In this document: one piece after another, positions 1 through 11,940 of the stretch
How the letters are laid out: every line of letters begins with the position of its first letter
Position numbering within the stretch: the stretch's first letter is position 1
Source of the DNA: Azolla caroliniana
Lineage: Eukaryota > Plantae > Polypodiophyta
Assembly: GCA_043228905.1 (NCBI GenBank)
Contig: JBHGNT010000021.1
Coordinates: 12,400,001-12,464,000, forward strand
Direction of reading: 5' to 3'
Length of the DNA: 64,000 bases
Position numbers and translations under genes: made by a program
The notes under the pieces: model-generated
The model's database searches: none
What the model saw: only the letters and a program-made list of their open reading frames with translations
Told to the model about the DNA's origin: nothing

Positions 1-215
1 ATCCAAAGGATGATTAAAGGCACTAGATCTATCAAGTCAAAGAGCCTGAATCCACCAGAAGGATCTGAATTTTCATGAAGAGTTAAAAATGTCATCGACA
101 CAATTGGATGTCTCCAACTCTCAAAGAGAACTTGAAATTTGAAAACATTATTAGCATGCTTGCAACAACATACCCACACATTCAAAGAAGTAAGCATATT
201 CTAAAAGAGTTCTAC

Positions 216-266
216 CTCTGCCTGTTGACCTGCTTGAAATCTCACCCCTGACGCATCATACATCAC
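216..266 (-). CDS. DUF212 (acid phosphatase/vanadium-dependent haloperoxidase-related) gene, exon 3; gene continues beyond the window start
   Basis: Minus strand cag|GTG ATG TAT GAT GCG TCA GGG GTG AGA TTT CAA GCA GGT CAA CAG GCA GAG|gtag = VMYDASGVRFQAGQQAE, the conserved VMYDAxGVR..AG.QA motif; 51 nt, canonical AG/GT sites. Confidence 0.9.
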
Positions 267-446
267 CTGCATGTGTCAAGTTTCAGTCCATCAAAAAACT
301 TTTTCGTTTTTGTTTCCATCTTCACAAATTTCTGTAAGTAGCGTTATTTCTCTTAGTGGGGAAAATTCTGTAAGCATTTCATCTTCTCTTAGCGTGTCAT
401 ACTTCCTAACCATTAAAACAAACAAACACATCACAAGAATGATTAC

Positions 447-603
447 CACAATTGCCAACACCATTGCAATGGCAAAGAGAGAGCTCTCCGGACCCTCTTT
501 CAAGCAAATTGAAGCTGCAAGTCCCATAACCGTCGCCGCGTGGGATGATGGCATACCACCAGAACCCATGAGTCTCTTTACATCCCAATGTTTCTCTTTA
601 TAC
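447..603 (-). CDS. DUF212 gene, exon 2
   Basis: (W)YKEKHWDVKRLMGSGGMPSSHAATVMGLAASICLKEGPESSLFAIAMVLAIV with the diagnostic SGGMPSSH motif; acceptor ttcag| at 604-605, donor |gtaatc at 445-446; phases fit exons 1 and 3. Confidence 0.93.
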
Positions 604-2224
604 CTGAATATTGTAACTTTTAAGCCTTGGTAAATGCATTTTAATTGGGATTAATAAAACTAGGTTTGCCATTCGTAGCAACAACCTCACAAGTATAAGG
701 GTTCAATATTGCTAAAATGGAAGGAAGGCGGTTCAACAGATTAAGGAAAGAATAAATGTGGCCAATGCCATATCTACCAAAAACATAAGATCGTGCATCA
801 TAAATATGAATAGTAAAAGATGAATTACACATCGTCATAAATATGAGTCCTAAAGAAAGCAATAACTCCATATTCAAAACAGTATCATGAAACATGAGTT
901 ATAGAGATTCCCATCCAAGCCCTCATGAGCCATAAGCATTGTATATATGAAGGTGGGTTTCAACCCATGTCCAAACACTATCATAATTGATGAGGACGAG
1001 ATTCACATCCTTGTCTTTATGAGCCTTGAGCCTTGTATTATTAAAGTTTGCTGAATTGTTTGTTTCATTGAGGCTTTACTGTCCTCTGGAAGTTCCACAG
1101 ACTGGTTTTATTACCCCCATAATCGCATGATTGTGAATGCACAGCTAATGCCTGCTGTGGGTTCGCTGCCATTGCGAACCTGACAGCAGTCAATCCAACC
1201 CAACCCTCATGACTGTTACATTCTACGCTGGCAAAAACTGGGCACAAGGCGGAGAGTCTTGATCCACATCCCATCCAAACAGAGCTCATCACGGCATCAT
1301 TAATTCTCACTTGCTGTCACTGCCATCTTAACCTCTTCAACCAAACTCAGCTCATGAAAATTCTTGATCTACACAAAAGAATTTGGGCAAGGTGAACCAG
1401 AAATAGGTAGAGTCATCTCAAAAGAGGAATTCTTTGTCATATTTTCCTGATATGGATACAAGTTAATGGTAAGTAGATTGCTTGAGGCTTTATTTCCGTA
1501 ACTAAATGAAGAGAAAAAAACACCACATATTTCAATGTGGTTCTTAATACAACCAACCAACACCTTGTTGACCTCAAGGAGTCTTGCATTGGCTAGCCAA
1601 AAGAACAGAAATGCATGTGTGCATGGATACTTCCAACATCTGAAAGCAAATTGCCTGACATGATCTACATGTGTTTGTGACAAAGATAGATAATGTGGGG
1701 GCTGGATGTCTCAAGTGGTTCCATCAAATTTGTAAAATACAAGCCACGAGTCCCTCGGCATCCACTTGGATGAGGTTCCCACGCCAGATAAAGAGAATCC
1801 CATTTGACATTGAACAAACTCAGGTACAAAAAGCCAATGCCAAGGCTCTACAACCACATCATAATATATAAGTAACAACCCAAAGAACATGTGTTTCTAT
1901 CACTACTTGCATAAGAGACAGTAAAAGTTCCCAGAAACACGTATGTTTCTCTATGCTTCACCCTATCTCTTACTTTTCCAAACATTGTTTTCCTGTTTCT
2001 TTTTTACTCTTCTTCTTTTTCCCAGAGTTAGGATGATCTGGTTCTAATGGGAAATACAAACCAAAATATTTGACCAATTTACATATTAACAACCATATAC
2101 TCAAACACATGCAATGCGATGATATCAATTTATGCTCTGTTTCATTTCAGAAAGAACAGAAGATACAGAAATAAATCCCTAGAAAAAAACATAGACGGAA
2201 GAAAAGGAGAGCCCTTAGATTTAC

Positions 2225-2304
2225 CAGTTCGTGACGATCTTGAGAGACTGAGCGATGGCGCAGGCCAGGAAAGCGGTGAGAAGGGGAGTATTGAATAAAT
2301 CCAT
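2225..2304 (-). CDS. DUF212 gene, exon 1 (coding part)
   Basis: ATG at 2304-2302, MDLFNTPLLTAFLACAIAQSLKIVTN(W), typical family N-terminus; ends TG|gtaaat (phase 2), completed by the G of exon 2 to give Trp; intron 604-2224. Confidence 0.88.
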
Positions 2305-2334
2305 TGGTAGAGATTCAGGTGAATCTGTGTCTTT

Positions 2335-2403
2335 TCAGGGTTCACAAGGGTAATGGGAGTGGCCGCGATGGACTTCTCTGAACTGATGTGTCGCCATTGA
2401 CAT
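2335..2403 (-). promoter_or_regulatory. Candidate upstream ORF (22 aa) in frame with the DUF212 CDS
   Basis: gccATGTCAATGGCG...CCC TGA = MSMATHQFREVHRGHSHYPCEP*; 10 sense codons follow before the main ATG; pyrimidine-rich 5'UTR-like tract lies upstream (about 2415-2460). Confidence 0.5.
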
Positions 2404-2835
2404 GGCGTCAACGCACAGGAAAAACAGAAAAGAGGAGAGGAGGAGGGAGAAGAAGAAATTGGTAATTACTAACATACCCCTCCCCTCCCTCATGTTTCAC
2501 AAAATCTCCGGAAATACCCCTCCCCCCCCCCCCCCCACCAACAACAACACACAAACCCCAATCCAAGATTTTAACTAGAATAATAATCCCACGCATTCCT
2601 TTCGTCACCATCATCTTGTTCAATGCTTCCCCAAAAATGTTTCTATGTACCGAAGTTCCATGGGCTTGTAGCATGTGCTTAGAGTCTGGTAGGAATGCCA
2701 TGCATGTAGAAAGCCAAGAGAAATTATATATTGCACCATGAATCATTCCTTTGTCGCGAAGTTACATGCGTGCGTGTGTGTGAAATCCGAGTGGAACCAT
2801 CGCGGACTTGAATTAGATAGGATGGGTTACTCAAA

Positions 2836-3080
2836 GGCTTGTTAGAGTCGAAAGCTCCTACAAGTCGTATGATCGCTAGACTTGAAGGTTCATCAGAACC
2901 AAAAGATCACTAGACTCAATGACTCGTCAAAGTCGAATGGTCACTAGACTTGAAGGCTGGTCAGAGTGAAAGGTCACTAGACTCGAAGGTGCATCAAATT
3001 CGAAGGCTCACTAGACTCGAAATCTCCTACGAGTCAAAAGGTTGTTAGACCTCAGAGTAGAAAACTCCTCAAAGTTGAAA
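2836..3080. repeat. Degenerate ~34-bp tandem repeat, about 7 copies
   Basis: Core G(G/A)TCACTAGACT(C/T)GAA recurs near 2871, 2905, 2939, 2972, 3006 with weaker copies near 2836 and 3040. Confidence 0.75.
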
Positions 3081-3139
3081 GCACATAGGCGACTGAGGGA
3101 GTCGTAGGTTGAACAACAATTAACGTGCGGGATTAAGAA

Positions 3140-4233
3140 TGAAATACGCAATTATCCCAAAGAACACTCGTGCCGACACACACCCCAACAAAATGGAGTA
3201 GCCGAAAGGAAGAATCAGCAAATACTTGAGGTAGCACGCCCCATGATGCCTGAGAAGCACATGTTGAATTTCTATTGGGCCGAAGCGGCATCCACGGCCG
3301 TCTATCTCATGAACCGGTGCACCACCAATGGAGTCCATGAGCTAAATCCATACGAGCTCCTCGTCGGAAGGAAGCCGATCCTGTCGCACCTCAAGGTGTT
3401 CGGAGGCATTGCGAATGTACGCATCCCGAACAAACAACGACAGAAGCCCGACGCGAAGTCAGAGGAATGTATCCTCATAGGATACTCGTTTGAGAAGAAG
3501 GCATACAAGTGCTACAACCCTTCTACCCGAGCGGTTCGGGTAAGTTGAGACGTACTCTTCGACGAGTCCGCATCCTGGTACGCACCAGAGACAACTTTGA
3601 CTCCGACTCCGCCGAACAAGATGTAGAAGATGGAGATCACTTCGAACACAGGTTCGAAGAAAGTTCGATTACAGCAAAGACTAGTGGGCCACAAGAGCCC
3701 CCACGCGACCCAAGCACGTCGCAGCCAAGTACAAACTTGGACAAAGGCAAAGGTAAGATGCCCGAATACGAAATCAATCACCCCGACGATAGTGATTCGG
3801 ATGTGTCGCCTCCCTCACTAGACAGTGAGTTCGGTGTACCCGTCATGCGGACACCCGGAGTAAAGAAGGCGCTCACATCGGCGAGCGAAAAACTTCGACG
3901 GTCTTCTAGAGAGAAGAATCCTGTCATTCAGCTCGGCTACAACGAGTATATGGCCCATCATTACGCCTTTGCGATGAAGGTAGCGGCCGAACAAGAGCCC
4001 GAGAGCTATACATAAGTGGCTTGTAACCCACGATGGGTGAAAGCAGTCAGCCAATTTCGCACGACAAGCCTTCATCACAGGCTTGAGGGGGAGGAACCGA
4101 AATTGCCACAAAAACGTCGACGCCGAAAGAAACAATATCGTCCATCCAAAGTCGAAGCCGATTCAACCGAATCGAAGATCCGAACGTCGAAAGCCAAAGC
4201 GGACATCGGATGCCTCGTACTTGAGCTTGAGGG
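3140..4233 (+). mobile_element. Old Ty1/Copia fragment (integrase C-terminus, linker, 3' end; RT and most of RNase H deleted)
   Basis: ORF 3243-3548 YWAEAASTAVYLMNR...KSEECILIGYS..KAYKCYNP; ORF 3509-4015 RRSSREKNP..GYNEYMAHHYA..EPESY (same family as 50956-52131); PPT ttgagggggcg split by the 4234-11299 insertion. Left boundary approximate. Confidence 0.8.
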
Positions 4234-4552
4234 TGTTGGGGAACAAGGCCGTCAATGCGGAAGTGCAAGCAACATTCGTGACGAAGAAGAACCTGTGTAT
4301 GCGTATGAGTAAGATATACACACAGAGAGATAGAGACAGAGGGATAGGCACAAAGAAGACATTTTATTCCAATAGCAACAACAACAACGACAACAACAAC
4401 AACAACAACAACCTTTTCTAAAGGTTACAAAGTCACTTTATATAGTGATTGTCCTAGGGCAACTGCCCTTTATGCTATTTACAGAAATAGCCCAAACTTG
4501 GGCTATCCAAAGGGACAGTGTGAATACGGCCATTATACTCTCGTATTCGAGA
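4234..4552 (-). repeat. 3' LTR of Copia-1, contains (AAC)n
   Basis: TGTTGGGGAACAAGGCCGTC...TATTCGAGA matches 9440ff and 11277-11299; followed by ctccccc (PPT on minus). Confidence 0.9.
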
Positions 4553-4749
4553 CTCCCCCGTAATGGGCGTATACATGGGTTATCTAAAAAATTACAAGTA
4601 TATACAAGGTTTATCAGACAAATCGGTTTTGTTAGAGTCGGCAAGATCCGAAGACAGAAGACCGAACCGGTCGGGTCGGAAGAGCTGAAGTCGATCCTCA
4701 AAGAACCGATGCCGGTGGTCTAAAACCATCCTGTGTTGTGTGTCTGACT

Positions 4750-7700
4750 TTAACCAGACCAATTTTTCGTTACGCCCATCTGGTGCCGAAGGGACCGGAA
4801 ACGATCCGCCGAAAGACACTTGGTCATTCCATATGCGACATTTTCGGTTGTGGATATCTTCTCTAGACCGATTTTCCCTGAAATGACGCAGTCCCGAACG
4901 AAGTGATATCGAACGTCGATATGCTTGGAGGCGTTGTGGTGAACCGGATTCTTTGATAGACCAACAGCACCCTGACTGTCGCTATAGACAACTGGAGCCG
5001 AGTTGAAGTCGACCTGTCGAAACGTGTGCGCCAGCCGACCGAACCATAAAGCTTATTTTGCCGCATCGGACGTAGCTACATATTCCGCTTCGGTCGTTGA
5101 GGTGGTTGTGCACTCCTGAAGTTTCGACTTCCACGAGATTGCTCCATTGCCGAATTTGAAACATTAACCGGTTGTTGATTTCCGACTGTCCACACAGCCG
5201 GCGAAGTCCGAGTCGGTGTAGCCAACTACGCCTAAGGTTGAGTTCGGGCCGAAAAGAATGTCGTGGTCTTTTGTTCCAGCTAGATATCTGAACACATGCT
5301 TGACTGCGTTCCAGTGTGATCGGCCGGGGTTGTGCATGAATCTGCTGACGACTCCTACAGCGTGAGAAATATCAAGCCGTGTCGCGACCATTGCGTACAT
5401 AAGGGAGCCGATTGTCGGTGCATACGGTACCGACTTCATATCTTCCCCCTCCGGACCGGATGTCGGGCAATCTCGCTAAGACAGCCGAAGGTTAATGGGG
5501 AGTGGGGTCGAAGCAGACTTGGCCGAGTGCATGTTGAAGCGTTCCAAGACACATCTGATGTAGTCGGTTTGAGACAAGAAAAGTTGTCGTGTATCGCGAT
5601 GCCGACTAATCTTCATACCAAGTATGTGTCTTGCCAGACCGAGGTCCTTCATGGCAAACTTCAACCGCAGTTTCCGAACAAGTTCGATGAGCTCTCCGGC
5701 ATGCCGACCGGAGAGTAGCATGTCGTCCACGTAGATGATGAGAAAGACAGGAGACCTGTCTTGAGTTGTTTTGGTGAAGAGACAATGGTCCTCATCGCTC
5801 TTTGAGAAGTTGACAGATTGGATGAAGTCGTCGAACTTCTTGTACCACTATCGGGGTGCCTGTTTCTGAGTCGGCAGACTAGATGTTCCTGGTCGGATGC
5901 CATGTCAAATCCTTTCAGTTGCTCCATATAGATTTCCTCCTGTAGGTCACTGTGGAGGAATGTCATTTTTACATCTAGCTGAATCAACTCCAAGTTGTCG
6001 GCGGCCACAACGTTGAGCATGAAACGAAGGGTTGTCATTTTCACCACTAGTGAAAAGATTTCGTCGAAGTCGACGCCATATTCTTGTCGAAATCCCTTCG
6101 CAACTAATCTGGCCTTGTACTTTGGGTTTGTCGAGTCGAACGTCTCTTTTAGTCGATAGACCCACTTGCACGGAAGAGCACGTTGATTCTTTGGTAATTC
6201 GACCAAGTCCCAAGTCTTGTTTGCACGAATGGAGTGCATTTCTGACTCCATCGCCAGATGCCATGTGGCTGAATCGACAGATGTCGATGCTTCTTCGTAA
6301 GACGTCGATTCGTCGGCATCGGTAAAGAAAATTCCGGGAGAGTACCTCTACAAAGGTTGCGACAGTCTCTCGGATCTGTGAGGTATGACTGGACTAGTCG
6401 CACCGGGTGTTGATGTCAGATGGTCGGGAGCCGAGCCATTTGGCTATGCTGAATCGGTGGATTTGGTGCGAGAGTTGTCGGTTACTCGTGAAACCAATAT
6501 CGTGTTGTGGGTTGGGCCATCATGAAGGGTTGGCACTTTGGAAAATATTACCCTTCGGACTTCAATAGGCCTTTCGGCCGTTTTGTGCATAGCCGACTCA
6601 TTGAACACAACGTCTGAACTTCGGACGATTTGTCTGTGCTCGGGGTCCCAGAGTCGGTATCTGAGCTCGCCGTCAGGTCCATACCCAAGGAAAACGCATT
6701 TCCTTGATCTTGGTTCGAGTTTCCGGTGATCGTCTTTCGGTATGAGGGCGTATGCCTCGCAATCGAAGATCCTCAACTTGTCATAATTCGGCTTACTCCC
6801 GGTCCATATTTCTTGAGGTATTTGAAGTCCTAGAGGTCTACTTGGCGACATATTGATTATGTGTACTGCCGTAAATAGAGCCTCCGCCCAAAAGCCATCC
6901 GGCAGTCTGGAGTGTTGGAGCATGGATACTACGCGTTCTTGAATCGTCTGATTCATGCGTTCTGCAATTCCGTTCTGCTCCGGACTATAAGGTGCCATAT
7001 ATTCACGTCGAATGCTGCGTTCCAGGCAAAATTTGACGAAATCTTCAGACTTGAATTCTCCTCCGTTGTCGATTCAGAGACATTTCAGTTTCCGACCGGT
7101 CTGATTTTTGACCATTGCAAGCCATTCGGAGAAGATCGAGAACACCTGATCTTTGGTTCTGATGGGATAAGCCCACACCTTCCGAGTGGAGTCATCAATA
7201 AAATTGACGAAGTACGAAGCACCGCCGAGAGACTGATGTGGCATCGGGCCACAGATGTCTGAGTGGACCAAATCGAGGGGACTCGATTCTCTTGGTGCTG
7301 ATGTCGGGTGTGATGTGGCTACCTGTTTGCCGTACTGGCAATGCTCGCAGAATTGGTGATCCGAGAAGGAGAGTTTGGGGATGTAACCAGCTCTGGATAG
7401 GTGCGTTATGCCGGCCTTGCTAAGGTGTCCAAGTCGTCCGTGCCATAACGATGACATGGGGATATCAACCAAAAATAAGTCACCCTCTTTGAGTGTGACA
7501 TATAAAGGATACAAGGAATGTACCTTTGGTCCTCGAGCAAGTAGGAGGTTCCCTTTGTGGAGTGTCCACCCTCCTGATGAGAATCCGGCACAGATGCCGG
7601 CTTCGTCAAGCTGTCCGACTGAGATCAAGGGTCTTGAGAGCTCAGGAACATGTCGAACGTTGTGTAGTTCGAGTGTAGAGCTGCACGGAAGATTGAGCTC

Positions 7701-8755
7701 TATGGTGCCGATTCCGATTATAGCACAATGTTGCGAGTTTCCGACTCGAACTGAGTCGGAGAGTTGGTCCGAGTATTGCCGAAACTGAGATCGGTGAGGT
7801 GTCACATGATACAATGCGCCTGAGTCCAGGAGCCATGTGCTCAATTCCTCAGTCGTAGGTAGAACTTCTGATTCGACTGGGTTCTCTATGGACAATATGT
7901 TCGGGTCGGTCGTCAAAATTTCGACTGAAGAGCCGACGTAGTTGACCTCCTCATGTCGGCTACTCTTCTGATCCGCTCTCTGAGCTTTGTCGGTTTTTGC
8001 TTTGAGTGCCCGGCAGTCGACTTTGATGTGTCCCGGTTTCTTGCAGTAGTTGCAGATTCGGTTGTCCCGGGACTTGCTCCGGCTTCGTTGATTGTTTGGC
8101 GGTCGGGAAGAACTTCTTCCCCGGTTGTTCGATCGGTCGGTCGAACCTTGTACTATGTAAGCTTCATCTGCCGAGTCTTTGGCGAAAGACTTTCTCCGAG
8201 TTGCTTCAGTCAGGATTGCACTCGTGACTTCGGAGTACTTAACGGTAGCTGTTGAAGCATTGCACACGGTTGTAACGAAAGTTTCCCATGAAGAGGGGAG
8301 ACTACTCATGAGTATCATTGCTCTGAGTTCATCCTCAATTGTCGTCCCCTCAAACGAGATTTGGGAGCTTATGCTTTCGTACTCGTTGAGGTGTGCATGA
8401 ACGAATCGGATTCTTTCATCCGCAAGTTGTAGAGGCGCTGGATCAAATACATCTTCATTGTGGCGACCTTTTCATAAGTTTCCGACAGTGTTTTCCAAAG
8501 TTCAAAACTTTCCGTGCATGATTGCACTGTGAAGTACACTGACTCCAACAAGTGCATCCGAATCATGGCGCGGACAATTCTGTCCAGCTTTAGCCACTCG
8601 TTTGCCTTGTATGCTTCTGGAGGATTTTCATTCTCAATTGGGTCTATCTGACCCTTGACTATGAGATAGTCCTACATTTGTTCCTTCCAGAAGTTGAAGT
8701 TCGAACCGTCGAACCTCCTTAGACTCATCTCCGATGAGCCGGATGTTCATGCCAT
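4750..8755 (-). pseudogene. Copia-1 gag-pol with multiple stops and frameshifts
   Basis: Zn knuckle CNYCKKPGHIKVDC, PR WLLDSGA, INT WHGRLGH/CEHC/LVHSD/QNGIAER, RT KARLVAKGF/QLDVK/YVDDM, RNase H (ISWKSKLQ..TTEAEY in a shifted frame below 5160). Confidence 0.9.
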
Positions 8756-9425
8756 CTGCGTCGGTTTCAGTTGGTAAGACTTGGTTCGGAGTTGACTACA
8801 AACCTTAGTGGGGTGCAACCACTCGGCTCACCCGATATCATTCTAATCAGTTTGGAACCTGAGTCGGTTTGGTTTCGGATACTTGTTGCTAAACTTGCTC
8901 GGAGTGAGTCCGGTAACTTGAGGGACAGAACCAATTGGTCTTCCCGAATGTTGTCGAGTCGAAGTGAGCCCGGTTAGCTTCCGATTGTATGCCGAATACC
9001 GATTACAAGAAACTGATTGTTTGGGCCGATTCTGCTTCGGATGACTGCAACGATGAGAGGGACGGATCCAACTGATCCTCCCGAATGTCGATCAGCCGAG
9101 TGAAGCACGAATTTGGTTGTTGCCTAGACACCAATCTGCAGCGGGTGGTTACAACAAGCGAGTGAATAGAGTCCGGTGAACTATTCTGATGCCGTTTAAC
9201 CGAATGAAGCATGATTGGGTCGGTTGTTACACAAGGAGCTCCCCTCAAGCAGTTACAATCACAGGAACAGAGTACAGCCGATTGGCTTACTCCAATTTGT
9301 GATTTAACACAATGAGATGCGAGCTTTTTGTTTTTCTTCTCCCTTCTCTGTTCTTCAAAGAAAATGAAAACAGAATGTTGTGTGGTGTACTATGACGACT
9401 GGCAGCGGGTTGAAGAACCTCCAAC

Positions 9426-9437
9426 GCTCTGATACCA
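9426..9437 (-). promoter_or_regulatory. PBS, tRNA-iMet (Copia-1)
   Basis: TGGTATCAGAGC on minus, 2 nt from the LTR. Confidence 0.92.
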
Positions 9438-9527
9438 AATGTTGGGGAACAAGGCCGTCAATGCGGAAGTGCAAGCAACATTTGTGACGAAGAAGAACCT
9501 GTGTATGCGTGTGAGCAAGATATACAG

Positions 9528-10707
9528 AGAGAGAGAGGGGGGGGGGGGGGGGGGGGATAGGCACAAAGAAGACGTTTTATTCCAATAGCAACAACAACAA
9601 CAACCTTTTCTAAAGGTTACAAAGTCACTTTATATAGTGACTGTCCTAGGGCAACTGCCCTTTATGCTATTTACAGAAATAGCCCAAACTTGGGATGTCC
9701 AAAGAGACAGTGTGAATACGGTGTCGTGAAGAATTTCGGCCAAAGGCGGAAACCGAGAAATATTGGCTACATCGGCGGGGTGCAACATGTGCACTCACCC
9801 TTGTACATTTAGTGTGAATAATGAGGGTGCCTTTATGGCGCTGAAGAGTAATCAAGTCGGGACAAGAATCCCATGTAATAAGGGATTTATCTCACGATGC
9901 TATGGATCCCTCTCCCATGTAATGAGAGAGAGGGGGGGGGGGGGGGGGGATAGGCACAAAGAAGACGTTTTATTCCAATAGCAACAACAACAACAACCTT
10001 TTCTAAAGGTTACAAAGTCACTTTATATAGTGACTGTCCTAGGGCAACTGCCCTTTATGCTATTTACAGAAATAGCCCAAACTTGGGATGTCCAAAGGGA
10101 CAGTGTGAATACGGTGTCGTGAAGAATTTCGGCCAAAGGCGGAAACCGGGAAATATTGGCTACATCGGCGGGGTGCAACATGTGCACTCACCCTTGTACA
10201 TTTAGTGTGAATAATGAGGGCGCCTTTATGGCGCTGAAGAGTAATCAAGTCGGGACAAGAATCCCATGTAATAAGGGATTTATCTCACGATGCTATGGAT
10301 CCCTCTCCCATGTAATGAGAGAGAGGGGGGGGGGGGGGGGGGGGGGAGATAGGCACAAAGAAGACGTTTTATTCCAATAGCAACAACAACAACAACCTTT
10401 TCTAAAGGTTACAAAGTCACTTTATATAGTGACTGTCCTAGGGCAACTGCCCTTTATGCTATTTACAGAAATAGCCCAAACTTGGGATGTCCAAAGGGAC
10501 AGTGTGAATACGGTGTCGTGAAGAATTTCGGCCAAAGGCGGAAACCGGGAAATATTGGCTACATCGGCGGGGTGCAACATGTGCACTCACCCTTGTACAT
10601 TTAGTGTGAATAATGAGGGCGCCTTTATGGCGCTGAAGAGTAATCAAGTCGGGACAAGAATCCCATGTAATAAGGGATTTTTCTCACGATGCTATGGATC
10701 CCTCTCC
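9528..10707. repeat. Tandem triplication (~393-399 bp unit) of a Copia-LTR/Gypsy-LTR junction
   Basis: Junction aatacgg|TGTCGTGAAG at 9722, 10115 and 10514; each unit starts with (GA)n-poly(G). Confidence 0.92.
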
Positions 10708-11272
10708 TTGTTCTATAAAAGGAAGGGAGCGCCCTTGGTGAAGGGGTTGCCCATTTTGTATTAGTAGGGTATATCGTTAGATGAAGAGACGTTCTCTCTT
10801 CCTCTTTCTCTCTTGTTTTAGGGTTTCTTCTTCTTCTCCTCCTCCTCTGCTTCTTTGTCGTCACTCTATGAGTCTAGCTTGATACCTGCAGGTTCTGTAT
10901 CTGCCCTGTTTGCTATGCAAGACCCCGCTCGGCGCGACGAGCCCGTGAGCTCCCCGACCGACGGCTTGGTAGTAGAGGACTGTTGTATCTTGCTTCTTGT
11001 AAATATACCTATGGAAGATTCTGCGTTTTTGGTGTTTGCGTGGGTGTTTTAGTGTTTCCTTACTTCTGTTTTTGTACATAAGCGTGAGTGGGGTCGGCAC
11101 TATGTGTGTGCGTGTGTCGGCCAGGGGTGCGCTTGTGTTCTTCTCTCCCTCCTTTTCGGTTGTTTCCGGCGTCCCGGAAATGGTGAATCACAACTTCCTA
11201 CGCTCTGTCACTACCTAGTCCAAGCCCCCCATGGTCCCGCCCTTCTACACGCACTCGCGAAACTTTGCGACA
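10514..11272 (+). mobile_element. Solo LTR of the 4-bp-TSD Gypsy group inserted in the Copia-1 5' LTR
   Basis: TGTCGTGAAGA...GGTCCCGCC...GCGACA termini as in the other members; TSD acgg/acag; the uninterrupted LTR copy reads aatacggccatt near 4523-4534. Confidence 0.88.
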
Positions 11273-11308
11273 ACAGCCATTATACTCTTGTATTCGACAA
11301 AGGGGGCG

Positions 11309-11480
11309 TGTTGAGAGATCAAGCTCAACTTAGTTTAGTTAGTTAGTCAACCATGTAACTTCGTAGTTACCTAGATAGAATCTAGTTAGAAGTGTTAACT
11401 ATAACACCTTAAATAGGACCTTGTACTTACGTGGGATATTCTAGATCCTCCACTCCTAAGTTACTACATTTAATATAGGA
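11309..11480 (+). repeat. Start of the 3' LTR of the old Copia fragment (end not resolved)
   Basis: Follows the reconstituted PPT; TGTTGAGAGATCAAGCTCAAC resembles the LTR start at 30088 (TGTTGAGCGGCAAGCTCAAC). Confidence 0.55.
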
Positions 11481-11630
11481 CTTACATTTTTGTACCTATA
11501 TTATCCTCACACATGTGCAGCCTTGCACATGAAATGTATATATACCTCATTGTGGGTATTTTTGTATTTGATGATAATAATGCTAATTTAATATAGTTAC
11601 TCATCCCCCATCTTGTGTTGTTCATAAGTG

Positions 11631-11631
<1 letters not shown>

Positions 11632-11700
<69 letters not shown>
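11632..11700. repeat. Compound microsatellite (CT)n(CA)n
   Basis: Direct reading. Confidence 0.95.
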
Positions 11701-11706
<6 letters not shown>

Positions 11707-11789
11707 ACATATCACATAATCTTCCACTTAACTTAATCACATAATTAGGTACTAATTAACCCTTGCTTAATTACCTAAGTATTAACAAT

Positions 11790-11940
11790 GTCAAGAGTAT
11801 TCCTAAGCCACATTTCTAGAGTATTACTAAGCCACTATAAAAAGAGGCACATGGCATTATTGAGAACCAAATCGGTTCAACGCCAGTCTTAAGCCTCCTA
11901 GTTATTCATTTATATTCTCTTCATATAATATATATCATTT
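11790..11940 (+). mobile_element. LTR fragment of the Tcn1-like chromovirus family
   Basis: CACTATAAAAAGAGGCAC..GAACCAAATCGGTTCAACGCCAGTCTTAAGCCT..TTCATATAATA aligns with 60860-60965 and the reverse complement of 39050-39160. Confidence 0.8.

Larger units (their letters stand above)
4234..11299 (-). mobile_element. Ty1/Copia element 'Copia-1' (Tnt1/Tork-like), degenerate; 5' LTR interrupted
   Basis: 3' LTR 4234-4552; 5' LTR from 9440, interrupted, finishing 11277-11299; 5-bp TSD gaggg/aaggg; tRNA-iMet PBS 9426-9437; PPT 4553-4559; gag-PR-INT-RT-RH order. Confidence 0.92.

Noticed and set aside
291-569. 92-aa ORF as a complete protein
   Set aside because: It is exon 2 of the spliced DUF212 gene reading into the intron after the donor at 446.
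2836-3080. Possible CRISPR-like array
   Set aside because: Whole units are degenerate tandem copies without unique spacers; eukaryotic context, no cas genes.
4553-5164. Apparent loss of RNase H in Copia-1
   Set aside because: RNase H motifs (ISWKSKLQ, TTEAEY) continue in a shifted frame below 5160.
9667-10764. Repeated 62-74 aa ORFs as a small peptide gene family
   Set aside because: They are by-products of the tandem LTR-junction repeat with non-ATG starts.
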